In this document: piece after piece, positions 1 to 13,160 of the stretch | Position numbering within the stretch: position 1 is the first letter of the stretch | Layout: every line of letters begins with the position of its first letter | Origin: Macrostomum hystrix | Taxonomy: Eukaryota; Animalia; Platyhelminthes | NCBI GenBank assembly: GCA_950097015.1 | Contig: CATNEN010000001.1 | Span: 22,010,001-22,074,000 of the forward strand | Length of the DNA: 64,000 bases | Reading direction: 5' to 3' | Translations under genes and position numbers: made by a program | The notes under the pieces: generated by a model | What the model was told of the DNA's origin: nothing | Databases searched by the model: none | What the model saw: only the letters and a program-made list of their open reading frames with translations

Positions 1-62
1 GGGGCGGCTTCTGGGGTGGCTTCTGGGGTGGCTTCTGGGGTGGCTTCTGGGGTGGCATCTGG
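1..62. repeat. 12-bp minisatellite (GGGGTGGCTTCT)n, truncated at window start
   Basis: About 5 direct tandem copies visible. Confidence 0.9.
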
Positions 63-79
63 GTCTCAGGGAGATACGA

Positions 80-408
80 AGGAGAGGATGGAGGAGAGGA
101 AGGAGGAGAGGATGGAGGAGAGGATGGAGGAGAGGATGGAGGAGAGGATGGAGGAGAGGATGGAGGAGAGCATGGAGGAGAGGATGGAGGAGAGGATGGA
201 GGAGAGGATGGAGGAGAGGATGGAGGAGAGGATGGAGGAGAGCATGGAGGAGAGGATGGAGGAGAGGATGGAGGAGAGGATGGAGGAGAGGATGGAGGAG
301 AGGATGGAGGAGAGCATGGAGGAGAGGATGGAGGAGAGCATGGAGGAGAGGATGGAGGAGAGGAAGGAGGAGAGGATGGAGGAGAGGGTGGAGGAGAGGA
401 TGGAGGAG
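80..408. repeat. 12-bp purine-rich minisatellite (GGAGGAGAGGAT)n
   Basis: About 27 tandem copies; explains the spurious EERM/LSSI ORFs. Confidence 0.95.
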
Positions 409-1139
409 ACGAAAGACCGAGTGGAGGATGTGATCGGATGTGGATGTGGAGTTATTGGTAAAGGGGAACAGTTTGTAGAGGAGGGCGAGAAGGTGAGGGA
501 GGAGAGATAATAAGTAAAGGAGAATGGCCATTACTAATAAAGTCCAGCTAATTAAACTAAAAAGTTCCAATTCATGGCTGTGTAATGTTAGTCTTTTTCT
601 CATAAAATTCAGGACAAAACTTATAATTTCACGGTCCATTGAATTCAGTAGCCTTAATTTTATTTAGAAATTGTTGTATTTTCGATTTGTTTGGATCAGA
701 TATGGCAGTGCTACACACAAGACTATGCCCAGTACAGTATCTTGCAGTATTTTGATTAATGTTAAATTGCCTTCCTTACTCATCTGTCAACTCACACCAA
801 AGCTGCTGCTGCTGCTGCTGACACTATAACTGTTCTAGAAGGAAATCCCCGACTTATAGATAAATTGCGGAGCTTATAGCTTGGGATCAAGCTGTCTCTA
901 TAGCGTATAAACGCTGCCGAAATCCTGCATGAGATTGTGTGGCCAGAAAATATGCCAGCAGGATTTTGAGAGCATAAATCCTCAGCTGACCGCTGCATTC
1001 GTAATATCTGGTCTATAGCTAGTCATTCTGACCCATTCTAATTTATCCATTCAGATCTATACATTCTGATCTATCCATTCTGATCTATCCATTCTACTCG
1101 TTTTTTTCCTTTCAATTATTCTATTTGTTTTATTCGCAG

Positions 1140-1241
1140 GCCGAATACGAGCAGTTGAAGAACACAACCGCAGCTATTGGCTCTCCCTACTTTGTCAACC
1201 GGGCGGTCACGCCCGCCATGCCAGCAGCAACCACAACAGCA

Positions 1242-1277
<36 letters not shown>

Positions 1278-1997
1278 ACAGCCGGCGAACTCGACGGAGC
1301 TGCCGAGGCGCGAATGCTTCGAGCTCACAAGGGCCGCCTGGAGACCAGGATGTCGCTGCTGGAAGAGCACAACAGGCAGCTGGAGGGTCAACTGGCTCGG
1401 CTGCGCAGGATGCTGTCGGCCAGTCCCGGTCAACAGCAGAGGCCGCCGTCGATTCCCATGCTGTCGCCACCGCCGGCTGCGCCGCGGATGCCCTATCAGC
1501 AACATCAGCACCTGCGGACTGGCAGCTTCGGCTGCGTTTCAGATTCGGCCGAGCTCCTTCATCATCACCAGCAGCATCAGCATCATTTGCAGCAGCAGCT
1601 ACAGCAACAGCAGCATCAGCAGCAGCAGCAGCAGCAGCAGTTGCTTTATCAAGCTGCTCGCAGCAGTGGTGTCCATCTTCGTCAGCATCATCACTCAGGT
1701 GGTCACATCGGTGGCAGCGTCGGTAGCGTCGGCGCCGGTGGCGGTGTCGGCGGCGGCAGCAGCTTCATGCTCTCGTCTGGCAGTCTGGGACGCCACTCCG
1801 TTGACTCCTGCCCGATCTCAGTGTGCGGAGGCGGTGGCGTTGGCGGCAGCCGATCGTCCGTTGGTTCGCTCTTCGCTATGGCAGGACAGGTGAGCAATGC
1901 CATGGGCCAGCTGGTCGATGTCATGAATCTGGAGGAGGCCGCGGCATCAGGCGGCAACAGAGAGGCCTCAGCTGACGGAAAGGCCGCCAATGGCTGA
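1140..1997 (+). CDS. dys: Terminal coding exon of a dystrophin/utrophin-family gene (C-terminal coiled coils)
   Basis: Acceptor ttcgcAG at 1138-1139, phase 0. (Q)AEYEQLK and [37 protein letters not shown] match dystrophin LQAEYDRLK and [38 protein letters not shown]. Stop TGA at 1995-1997. Upstream exons lie outside the window. Confidence 0.88.
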
Positions 1998-2036
1998 GAC
2001 ATCGCGTCACTGGCCGAAGCAAAGCATACTTACTCG

Positions 2037-2227
2037 TCCGTTCAGATCTATCCATTCAGATCTATCCGTTCAGATCTATCCGTTCAGATCTATCCGTTCA
2101 GATCTATCCGTTCAGATCTATCCGTTCAGATCTATCCGTTCAGATCTATCCGTTCAGATCTATCCGTTCAGATCTATCTGTTCAGATCTATCCGTTCAGA
2201 TCTATCCGTTCAGATTCATCCGTTCAG
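2037..2227. repeat. 14-bp minisatellite (TCCGTTCAGATCTA)n just 3' of the dystrophin stop
   Basis: About 13 tandem copies. Confidence 0.95.
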
Positions 2228-4490
2228 TTATTCTTACTCAAACGTTACATATTTTAGTAATGTCTAAATTATTAATATTGATGGCTTTAGGTCTTCCTTG
2301 ATTTCTTTCCGCTATTTAATTATTTTGATCTGATATAAAAAGTTCAAAATTTTCCAGACTGTTCTTAAAAGCAAACAGCTTGTGTATTGGAAAAATTGTG
2401 CAAACCATGTCGCATTTCACATTCCTACCTCAAAGTTTCATATTCTTGGAACCGAAAATTGTACTTGTGGCATCGACAGCTGTATTAAAATTTGAGTTGT
2501 GGACGAGCCACCCTTAGATAACTGAATTAACAGATAATTGCTACTGAAAGTAGATGAGAAACATTTTATTGTAACTAGAGTCGGAAATTTCCAGTTTTTC
2601 TATTTACCTGGCCAATCTATACGACAAAAATGTTTTACTTAAAGTATACATGCTTAAATCAGTCACACTATTCATTAACAAATGCACACGACATTTTAAT
2701 TTTCAGTAATAAAGCAAAAATGCAACACAATATTATTGTTACATGCATACATTACATAAGAATTCAAGACACAGAAGCTGTAAAAATATTATAATTGATC
2801 AGTCCTAAACGATTCACATTTATTTTCCAGTATTTTTCTTGCTTCTTCAAATGCATAATGTATAAAGATATTTTGTTATAGTCTAGTCCTAAGGCGCTTT
2901 TCTTTTGCAGTAAAGCAGTGATTTATGCCCCAATACACACATTATACAACTGGGCTGCTGTAAAGTGTGTTTTAATTGCTGCACTAATAGCAATATATCT
3001 TCGCTTAAACTGTCAGAGAAGATTAATTCGCATCCCTTTTGCACATGCTTGTTTACCTATTAAGAAATTGTGCGAGCAATACCTCAATTCTGCAATAGCT
3101 ATCAATAACTTTGCGTGCTGTGTTGTAATTTACATTAAGTTACGTGTGATAATATTGCAACTTTTTATAGCTAAATTAGTAATCTGGACCAACCATATAG
3201 CAACGTCTGTTGTTTTACGGATTTTCGCTTCAGAAATATACATATATGAATAACTCTAAAGGTATTTTTCGAGAATAGTAGATTTGTACTACTTGAAAGT
3301 ATAGTATTGGAGCGATAGCTTAAAAATTATTTTATAGTCTCTGAAATCCTTTTACGGCTGTCTGTTATCTGCATTTAATAAGTAGATACAGACTGAACAG
3401 ACTGGACATACACTAGGGAATTTGCAAATAGAAGTGTTATATTTTCGGATTGCGCTTAGTCAGTGCATGTGGTTGCGTTTTTTGAGGCCAAGTAACATTT
3501 GACCATAAAATCATGCACCATTTGCATCGCTGATTATAGTCTATCGCAATTGCTTCCATTGCATTTGCAAATAATTCAAGGATGTAAAAACCGGTATGCA
3601 ATTAAGCATAATCGGAGAATGCTCAATTCTCGGAGAATCTGATGTTCATTTTAATCCGGTATTTTTCATTTGCATTTAATAAGCTGTACATCAGCTAACG
3701 TACAGCTGTACTTTAAAAACGCGCACATATTTTAGAACTGCTTATGTAAAACAAAGATAACATGCCGTAATATGAATTATAGGAATAAAGCTTTAATGCA
3801 AAGTGCTGTTTATGTTTTCTTAACAATTAAAACCATTTTTGACACATGCATGCTTTGTTTTTGTATAAAAAAGTAAACAAAATCTTTGTTTAAACCGTAT
3901 AACAAAATTAATCTCGACCTCGACAAATCGACCGACGATGACGAGCATAAAGAGTTAAACGACTTGCTGTCATGCTCATGCAGCGGAAACATTACTGGTG
4001 AATAGACGTAGCTGGTCTTGGGCTCTAAGGTGTATTATGTGTTCTTTGAGGGATCTTTTTCACGAAGTTACAAAAGCTTTTTATTTTATTTTATTGCAAT
4101 ATTCTTTTTTGTTTTACATAAACAACACAAAGCTATTTTTATTGGATTATTTTCTGTTGAGGCGTGTTTTTTTATTTCTTTGTCTAATTGTTTACCTATT
4201 TTATGTGTTTTGAGCACTAAGTAGCTAAAAAAGTTGTGCAATTTATTTATTATTTATTGAAGTAGTTGATAGTTTTTTTATTGCAGTAAGTAGGCCTACC
4301 TGTAGGTGTAGTGTAGATTATTAGGTAGTCTAATATGTTGTGATCTGTTAGAGTTAGTACTGTAGGATGGCTCCAAAGCTTTTCTTTAGTTAGAGACCAT
4401 GGCTTAGCTAGGTATTCCACAATATACTCTCTAGGTACCCTCAAAAATTTGTATAGCTCATAGCAGCTGTAGCAGCTGCATGCCTATAGT

Positions 4491-4925
4491 GGTACCTGGA
4501 CACTTTGTCATCTTACAACCTTGTCATCCAGATGACAATCTGTCCAGTATCTCAGAGGGTGGATGACGAAGACACTTGTGGACATTTCATCATCTATAAA
4601 ACAAAAGTTTTCAAAGTTAAAACAGAACCACCCCTCCCCACCTCCTCACATCATGTTGGCACCTATCTTTAAACTCTTATAATGAAATCAGTTTTGACAC
4701 CTCTTTGACAATTTAGAGTGTGAAGTGTGTTCACACATCTGCCCTACCACCCCACTCTCACTTTATTGATGACAAACTTGATTGCCTGTTATTAGTAGAT
4801 GACGAACTGACCAAACTTGAAAGCATGCCATGCCAATTGGCTGGATGATGAAGTGTCCTACCTTCCAAGTGGATGACGAAGTTGTAAGATAACAAAGTTG
4901 TAAGATGACAAAGTGTCTAGGATCC
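4491..4925. mobile_element. MITE with ~29-bp TIRs, Mutator-like (degenerate 9-bp TSD)
   Basis: Left GGTACCTGGACACTTTGTCATCTTACAAC, right GTTGTAAGATGACAAAGTGTCTAGGATCC. Flanks gcctatagt/gcttatagc match 7/9. Second copy at 60764-61182. Confidence 0.8.
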
Positions 4926-5420
4926 GCTTATAGCTGGCTTATGGCAAAACCACTGCATATAATTGCTCTAACAAGATCCTTCACGCCAACATCCCCATTG
5001 AACACCAGCTTTAACATGTAGGAGTATATCTTAAAACCATGACCCTGACACAGGAAGGAACCATAGATGATCAAACTCTGTGATATGTCACATGCACATA
5101 TGATTTGCTCAATTGTTGTCTTGGTTGCTATAGCAACTTTGTTGGCACTGGCTAGAAGTTTAATGTGGTCTCCACCAAATCAAGCTTTAGGTATCTTTTG
5201 TCTAAATTAGCAATCTACAATCTTCTATATGCTTCAGCAGTTTTAAGGATTAATGGATGGCAAGGCCAATTATCATTACTTTGCCAGTGATTGAGCTTGA
5301 CATTCTCTGTAAAACTAGCTGGCTTGGTGTCAATAGCTGATGCTTAGACATTCAGCATAGGCCTAGTTGAATCCATATGGATGAATTTCTAATTACAAAA
5401 ATTTTGATTTTTATTACAAC

Positions 5421-5699
5421 CATACATGCGCAACCTCCCAAATCTTAGCCAGCCGTGTGACTTAGTTTTTGCTCTCATTTGCGACTTAGTTCATTTCATT
5501 GCTCTATTTACGACTTAGTTTGCTCTCATTTGCTCTTTTTCTCTCCCCTTTTTCCTTTTCTTCACGCCTTCCTTTTTTGTCCCTTGGTCCCCCCTTTGAT
5601 TTTTTTGCGCTTGGTCGATTGGTTTTTGCGACTTACCTTGCTTGGCCCTCATTTCACCCGGCCGGTTCGGCCGGGTCGGCCGGGTGTTGCGCATGTATG
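5421..5699. mobile_element. hAT-type MITE, 279 bp
   Basis: 14-bp perfect TIR CATACATGCGCAAC/GTTGCGCATGTATG and perfect 8-bp TSD ATTACAAC (5413-5420, 5700-5707). Confidence 0.9.
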
Positions 5700-8279
5700 A
5701 TTACAACAGAAAAATCCTATATTCTATAATAAATTTTTTAAACCTAAAAAGCACAATATGAATTATCCCTTTCTAAAAAATATTTCCAAAACTTTCTAAA
5801 ATCTATAGTCAGGAACATCCTGAGTGTATGCCAAAAAATATTGATTAAAAAGATCTTATATGCCAGTTTACACCAAATGCTGAACAAGCCTATTAGAATA
5901 AATTGACAAAATGTCCCATGGCAGTGCGGGTAAATGGCATGAGTAACTATGACTCTTTTGTCCATATGGGGGTTCTCACATGACCTTTCACTGTTATGTT
6001 ACATATTTGAGCTAGAATTTCAGACCTGTGTCACATGTCCATAGCTTTTCAACACTTATTACAATAGGGCTAAATGCAGAAGATGCTTGGGAATGGCCAG
6101 AGTAAATTTAGATTTAAAAAATTGTACACCTAATTGTGTTGGTTACAAAAATGCTATTTAAAAAACTAAACTTGGATCTTGTGGAAACTGTCTGTCAAAG
6201 AATGATTTTAAGGCTTGATTTAAGGCAATTCTGGATACTGTCAAAGGCAATTGTGAGGGCTAGCAAAAAATTTAGATGGCTAATGCTTTAGGGTTAAAAA
6301 AGAGAACTTATTTAAAAAAGATTAATAAATTAAGCTTAGCTTTCAAAGTGTATTGCTTAGTACCTGACAATGAATGAATTTTTTTGTATGAACAGTATAT
6401 TTTAAGTTGTTATATTGAATAAAATTGAAACACATGATTTACGATGTGCAAATTAGCAAATTTCAGAGTTTTTTAGGTATTGTTCTGTTGTGTTGTACAG
6501 TTTGTCCATCACTGTTTCATCTTTTATAATTCCTGAAAATTTTCAGCACATCAAATTTGTACCCCAATCTTATGGTTTCACAGACGTACACCAGTACTAT
6601 ACACCAAAAATCGTGGGTGCACACCAGATTAATCCAATGTACACCTCTTCTAGACTATAGTTTAAAAGATGTGAAAAAATGTATATTAAGATAATGGAAT
6701 GTGGTTTGCAAGGCAATTAAATTTCACTAGAACACATTTCTAGGTGGGTACATGCAGTGTTCATTATATTAAAACAGATGAGGATGTTAGCTTTGCCACA
6801 ATTTTAACCAGTCACTTAGAAACTATGTCTAGTCTAGTGCTCAGCTGCCAACCCTAGAAATACTTTTTTAATCTTTAACTGGCTTCTCTGCACCAATAAG
6901 AAATTGTATTAATACTATATGAGAAAACCACAAATATCATAAGATCAGTCACACAAATTGATGCCATATTTCTATATTATCTGTGCCTAGAGGTTACATT
7001 TAATTTAATGCTTGGCAAAGTACGCTACTGTTTTGTCTTTAAGACAGTTGTCACCAAGGCTGACAGCAACTCATCAAAAATACTATCCTCAAACTTTAGC
7101 ATAATTTAGCACATTCTTAATCTTTAATCCCAAGAAATTGGGTGGTTATGGAACTTATAGCTTCATAGTCTTATGATCTAAACATATGCAAAATGTATTT
7201 TTTCTTTTTTATATCATTAATTTATTAGTACTTTAAAGTTGCTTTATCAATTGACTTCTTTATGCTTTCCAAGATATTAAGGTAGCTGTACACTTCCAAA
7301 GCGAAATTAAAATCTAGTATACTTTATAAACTAGTTTTTAGTACAAAACAAAATGTGAATTGTAGAATGGTTGTTAAATTTGGCACAATGCACTGCAGCA
7401 CATTGATCTAAATCTAATTGATTTGTGGGTGACAAAACAATACACATGTTTATTGTGTAGTATCTGCATATACACAACTATATTGCATATGCACAAAAAA
7501 GTGCAAAAAAGTTAAAATTCTAGTTAGGCTATTTAAGTTAAGTAAAAGTCAGTCAGTTGACCTTAGCTATGGGCATAAAATGGCTGTTATGTTATTATTA
7601 ATTTTATTTTGTTATTCATTACCTTTTGTTTTCAGTTAGCATTTAGTATTGTTAGTCATATGCCTATTATTCTTGTTAAAGGTGTTAATGGATTGATTTT
7701 TATGCATTGCTGAATACAGCACATAATTAGATTAAAGCATATTAGTGGTTATAGCTTTGTGTCCTCAAGTCACTCAAGCAATGCACATAATTCTCTGTTG
7801 CTTCGGCATCTATCTTTAAAATTGGTACCAATTAGTGTCTAAAGTGTAGTTGTAGCAGCCCTTAAGTCAGTGAACTGAAATGGGTACACATCCTATTTGA
7901 TGCAACATTCAATAGCTGCATCTGTGCCGTGGGTCAGAGCTTTTTTACCCATTGGTCAGAGCTTTTTTACCCATTGGTTAGAGCTTTAGAGTTTGTGCGA
8001 GTCGCAAGTTCAATTCTTAATCTTCAACACAACAAGGAGCTATTTGTATCCTTGAGTAAAACACGTCCTTCCTTGGTGATTTAGTTGGCCCAACTAGAAA
8101 ATTATTATCAGCAATCAGCATCAGCTTCAAGGTATTTATTATTTTGAGTGTGGTGGCCTCCCTAGTCTTCAGACTGAACAGCTGTACACTACCTTTGGAT
8201 TGTCTAACTGAGCTAAGTGTATATATCTATCTAGATAGATATAAACAGATCTGTTTATACCGTAATAATTTTATTGCTT

Positions 8280-8545
8280 ACACCAGCCCCAATTGGGCCG
8301 GCAGTACAGCTGCAGCTATTGCACGGTGCATCTGTAGGCTGCGTACAGCTGTCCAAGGACTGGGAGTGGGGGGACGCCACACCCACCCTCAAATACCCCA
8401 GCTAATGCTGGTACCCATTTAACAGCTGGGTAAACTGAAGCACTCCAGAGTTGAGTGTCTTTCTAAAGGACGCAGATTGTTCCATGGAGTCGGAAATCGA
8501 ACCCCCGACCTTTAAGTCGTGAGTCCGAAGCTCTAACCACTAGGC
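8280..8545 (-). mobile_element. tRNA-derived SINE (CORE-like body)
   Basis: Minus strand reads GCCTAGTGGTTAGAGC (A box) ... GGTTCGATTTCC (B box), then TGCTTCAGTTTACCCAGCTGTTAAATGGGTACC. Homologous copies at 26.7 kb and 31.4 kb. Confidence 0.8.
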
Positions 8546-8705
8546 AACATCCCCTCTAGTCTCTACTTAAAGACTTGAATAATCGTTATACTTTAAGTAC
8601 AGTTAAACTATGATTATTATTTATGAAATTTAATGAGTTGTCAATAAAAAAATTAAATCACCAAAGCTGTCAATAAGCACACCTCATGAAAACACTCCAG
8701 CCGGC

Positions 8706-11700
8706 ATGCCCAAGGAGCCGTTGAACCCTGGCGATAGAATCTTTGCCAAAGTCAAAGGCTATCCGCATTGGCCATGCCGAATCAATCCGCTTCCGCCCGA
8801 TGTTAAAATCCCATCTGGCAAATATCCTATATTTTTCTACGGCACACACGAAGTTTATTTCCTGCCAAGGAAGGAGATTTTTCCGTTTGAAAAATTTCGC
8901 GACAAATTCGGCTCGGCTAAACGGCCGGCGCATTATAACGAGGGCCTGGTTGAAATTGTACAACGACCGGACACTCTGCTCTATGGCCGAGATCCCAAAG
9001 CTGAGGCTTTTCTGGCTCAGTTCTATCGATTTCAGCGCAGCGAAGGCCAACAGGGAGAGAGCGTGTACACGCCGGATCTGCCGGTGGTTGTACCGCCTGG
9101 CTTCGATCATGTCAATAGCCTGCTAGCTGATTCTGCGGCTTCTGGTTCAGCTGGTGAGTTCTGCAATTGGATCTAAAGTGACCGCGTGTGATGTGAATTT
9201 CCTCTTAAAAACTTGGAAAAAAACAAATAAGAGTATTCGTTTATTTAGCATAATATTATATGAGAATATAGTTTGTATGAGAAACGTCTCTCTGAGAATC
9301 GTCTATTTAAGAATCGTGTCCCTGAGATTCGCCTCTATCAGAATTGTCTTTTTAATCTTTCTTAGAATCGACTCTCTGAGAATCGTCTCAATGAAAATAG
9401 TCTCTATGAAAATCGTGTCTATGAGAATCGTGTCTATAAGAATCGTGTCTATGAGAATCGTGTCTATGAGAATCGTGTCTATGAGAATCGTGTCTATGAG
9501 AATCGTGTCTATGAGAATCGTGTCTATGAGAATCGTGTCTATGAGAATCGTGTCTATGAGAATCGTGTCTGAGAGTCGTCTCTATGAGAATCGTGTCTAT
9601 GAGAATCGTGTCTATGAGAATCGTGTCTGAGAGTCGTGTCTATGAGAATCGACTCGTCTCTCTAAAAACGCTTTAATGAGAACCGTCTCCCAGAAAAATG
9701 AAAATAATTTTATTAGTTTAAATGAGCAAGTTTTTTATTCTCATTCTTGCTAATTTTCTACATTCCACTTCAGGCCCTTCTAAATCGGCGAGCTCTGCCA
9801 AGAAGCATTCAGTTGCTGAAGTTACGCCTGCACATCATTCCGACAGCTCCGAGGATGCACCGTTGCGTAGTTTAAAGCTGAAAATCACCCTTCCCCCCAA
9901 GCCGCAGAATGTAACGCCTTCTCAGCAGCAGCAGCAGAAACCGGCAAAGCCAGCAGAATCTCAGCAAAAGCAACAGCAAAAGCAAAAACAGGCGCCGCAA
10001 GCATTGAAAAAATCCCTCAAACGAAAACGCGACAGCAGCGGTGGTCTCTCAGAATTAGTCGGTCCCAGTAGAAAAAAAGTTCAACAACAATCAAATACAA
10101 AGCCTGCAGCGGTGGAAGAGTCAAATAATGCAGTCGCTGCCTCTATATCATCCGTGTCTTCTAGCAGTGACAGCTCAGACAATGAGGATAGCGATGACAG
10201 CGACAGCCTGGCTGTTGGTAGAACAAAGCGTGCAGCCATTCTGGATTCGGATCCCGGTAGCGATATCGAGCCAATCGATAACAGTAGGATAAAGAAAGTT
10301 TCACCTACGGCTAATAACCATAGTCCTGCTGCTGCTGCTGCAGCCACACCGTCGCCAAACATTCCACCTCCGCGTGAGTCTCGAGTGAACTCCATGGGCC
10401 GGCCAATGCGCGCCTCGGCTCAACGATTCGACGTTCGGCGCTTACTAAAAGAAGACCGCGAAACTGCCAAAGCCGCCAAGCCTTCTGGCCTGGTCAAGGA
10501 TGAGGACAGCGACGATGAAGACGACTCAGACTTCGATTATGAGGCTGAGAAAGTCAAGCGCTCAACATCTCAGTCTCCAGTCAAAGAGAAACCTGTCCAG
10601 ATTGTTTCAAAGAATACGCGACCGTCTTTAGCGACGCCAAGAGTTCAACAGCGAGCGCCAGCAGCTGCACCCACACCTCCTCCGCCCCCGCCGCCACCGC
10701 CTCCGCCGCCGCCCCAACCGACTCTCGAAGAGCGCAAAGAGAAATTAAAACAGGAGAAACTTGAAGAGAAGATTAAGCAGAAAAAGTTGGAAAAGATTCG
10801 CCAATTAGAGCTGGAAGCAAAGTTGCGCATGATGAACAGCGATATCAAGCGATCGTTAATCAGGGGTCGCGAGGACTTTAGCCGCTGCCTGGCAGTGTTA
10901 ACAGAGATGCAGAGCTTAGATGTGAAGCTGCTGATGCTGGCAAAGTATCCAGATTTGCCGCTCACAATTCGCAAATGCAGCAAGTACAAGTTATCAGACA
11001 AAGTGCGCTTAGCCGCCCAGAACCTGTTCGACAAGTTCTGTACGCTGTTTGAAAACTCGCCCAAAGAGGAAGTGTTCAAGGCCGAGGTTGAGTTCTTGAA
11101 ATATCGCGAGTCCTGCGATCACCGGTCAGATGTGCCCCTCACCTCTATTCAGGACTTGTTCACGTCGCGGCCTATGAAGTTTCAGCGACCGCAGCAGCAG
11201 CAGAAACAGCCGCAGAAGCAGCAAACCGCTGGTACTGCAGCGTCTTCAACCGCTTCCACCTCAGATCACGATCACGAAGTGACGTCGTCGACTCAATCAA
11301 CTTACTTTGAGCCGGCAGCTTTCACTGCTGTTGCTGTTTCTGCGGCACCTGCTGCTGCATCCGCATCAGCTGTTGCAACAACTGCGTCCACAACTTCCTC
11401 ATTGCCGCTTAAAGAGACAACAGTTGTTGCCAAGCCAACGGTCACCGTGTCCATCTTGCCCGAGCCAACAGACTTGGACTATCAGAACCTTCTTGAATTG
11501 GACTCTTTGGAGGTGCTAGACACCTACGCTGATGAAGCTGTGGATGAGGCCATGGCCATAGACAGTCAGGACTCGCAGCCATCAAATGATCCAGTCACAG
11601 ATTCGCCAGGCAACCTTGAAAGTCGTCTGCGCGATCTGATGGGTGTGAATTTTATTAAGCAACAGCAGCAGCAGCCGAGGCATCAGGTCTATCAGCAGCA

Positions 11701-11779
11701 GCAGCAGCACAGGCAAAGACAGCAGCGCCAAGCCCTGTCAGAGGATGACTGTCACATACACGACCTGCTTGGTATTTAA
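8706..11779 (+). CDS. HDGF/LEDGF(PSIP1)/HDGFL2-family chromatin reader: N-terminal PWWP domain and LEDGF/IBD-like helical domain; 2 exons (8706-9153, 9774-11779), ~817 aa
   Basis: PGDRIFAKVKGYPHWPCRI...KYPIFFYGTHE is the HDGF-type PWWP (PHWP) motif. AKLRMMNSDIKRSL...RCLAVLTEMQSL...MLAKYPDLPLTIRKCSKYK resembles the IBD. The GT (9154) and AG (9772-3) splice sites are phase-1 compatible. Confidence 0.88.
9395..9650. repeat. 15-bp intronic minisatellite (ATGAGAATCGTGTCT)n with degenerate flanking copies
   Basis: Tandem copies; degenerate versions extend back to ~9260. Confidence 0.93.
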
Positions 11780-12162
11780 CTCACTGCTTTAGCAGCTGCA
11801 GCCTGATTTATCCCTGTTTTGGTCTTAGCTGTGCATCTTTTTCTGTCTGTCTGTCTGCCTGTCCCTTACCATCTCTTTTGTCTCAAAACATAATTTATAT
11901 TCTATTTTAATCCTGACATTGCTTGTTTCTGTCGTGTTAATTAATTATTTCTTTTGTTACATTCTTTGGTTTCGTCTACAATCTCATGGGTGGGTCAGTA
12001 CTCATTTTCATTCCTATTGGTTAATATTTAACCTCGTGGCACATTCTATTTAAATAATAAGTTTGTTACCTAGAAAGATTCGATACATATCGGCTTCCCT
12101 TAACAATCTGAACGCCTCGCGAATGTCTTTATAACTTCTACGGCATTGACTTTAACTTTTAG

Positions 12163-13160
12163 CTCCCTCCGCTCTCTACCCTCTCCGTCCGCTCTCTACC
12201 CTCTCCGTCCGCTCTCTACCCTCTCCGTCCGCTCTCTACCCTCTCCATCCGCTCTTTACCCTCTCCGTCCGCTCTCTACCGTCTCCTCTGCTCTCTACCC
12301 TCTCCGTCCGCACTCTACCCTCTCCCTCCGCTCTCTACCGTCTCCCTCCGCTCTCTACCCTCTCCCTCCGCTCTCTACCCTCTCCCTTCACACTCTACCC
12401 TCTCCGTCCGCTCTCTACCGTCTCCCTCCGCTCTCTACCCTCTCCGTCCGCTCTCTACCCTCTCCCTCCACACTCTACCCTCTCCGTCCGCTCTCTACCC
12501 TCTCCGTCCGCTCTCTACCCTCTCCATCCGCTCTCTACCCTCTCCGTCCGCTCTCTACCGTCTCCTCTGCTCTCTACCCTCTCCGTCCGCACTCTACCCT
12601 CTCCCTCCGCTCTCTACCGTCTCCCTCCGCTCTCTACCCTCTCCCTCCGCTCTCTACCCTCTCCCTCCACACTCTACCCTCTCCGTCCGCTCTCTACCGT
12701 CTCCCTCCGCTCTCTACCCTCTCCGTCCGCTCTCTACCCTCTCCCTCCACACTCTACCCTCTCCGTCCGCTCTCTACCCTCTCCGTCCGCTCTCTACCCT
12801 CTCCGTCCGCTCTCTACCCTCTCCGTCCGCTCTCTACCGTCTCCTCTGCTCTCTACCCTCTCCGTCCGCACTCTACCCTCTCCCTCCGCTCTCTACCGTC
12901 TCCCTCCGCTCTCTACCCTCTCCCTCCGCTCTCTACCCTCTCCCTCCGCTCTCTACCCTCTCCCTCCACACTCTACCCTCTCCGTCCGCTCTCTACCGTC
13001 TCCCTCCGCTCTCTACCGTCTCCCTCCGCTCTCTACCCTCTCCGTCCGCTCTCTACCCTCTCCCTCCGCTCTCTACCGTCTCCCTCCGCTCTCTACCCAC
13101 TCCTCTGCTCTCTACTCTCTCCGTCCTCTCTCTACCCTCTCCGTCCTATCTCTACCCTCC
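12163..13160. repeat. ~20-bp CT-rich minisatellite (CTCTCCGTCCGCTCTCTACC)n with higher-order periodicity
   Basis: About 50 copies; variant blocks recur roughly every 280-300 bp. Confidence 0.95.

Noticed and set aside
16-510. 164-aa EERM-repeat ORF
   Set aside because: It is a translation of two 12-bp minisatellites with no splice or homology support.
8480-8545. tRNA genes at the SINE heads (also ~26.9 kb and ~31.6 kb)
   Set aside because: A/B boxes are present but continue into a shared SINE body and tail, and copies are diverged; I could not build a convincing full cloverleaf.
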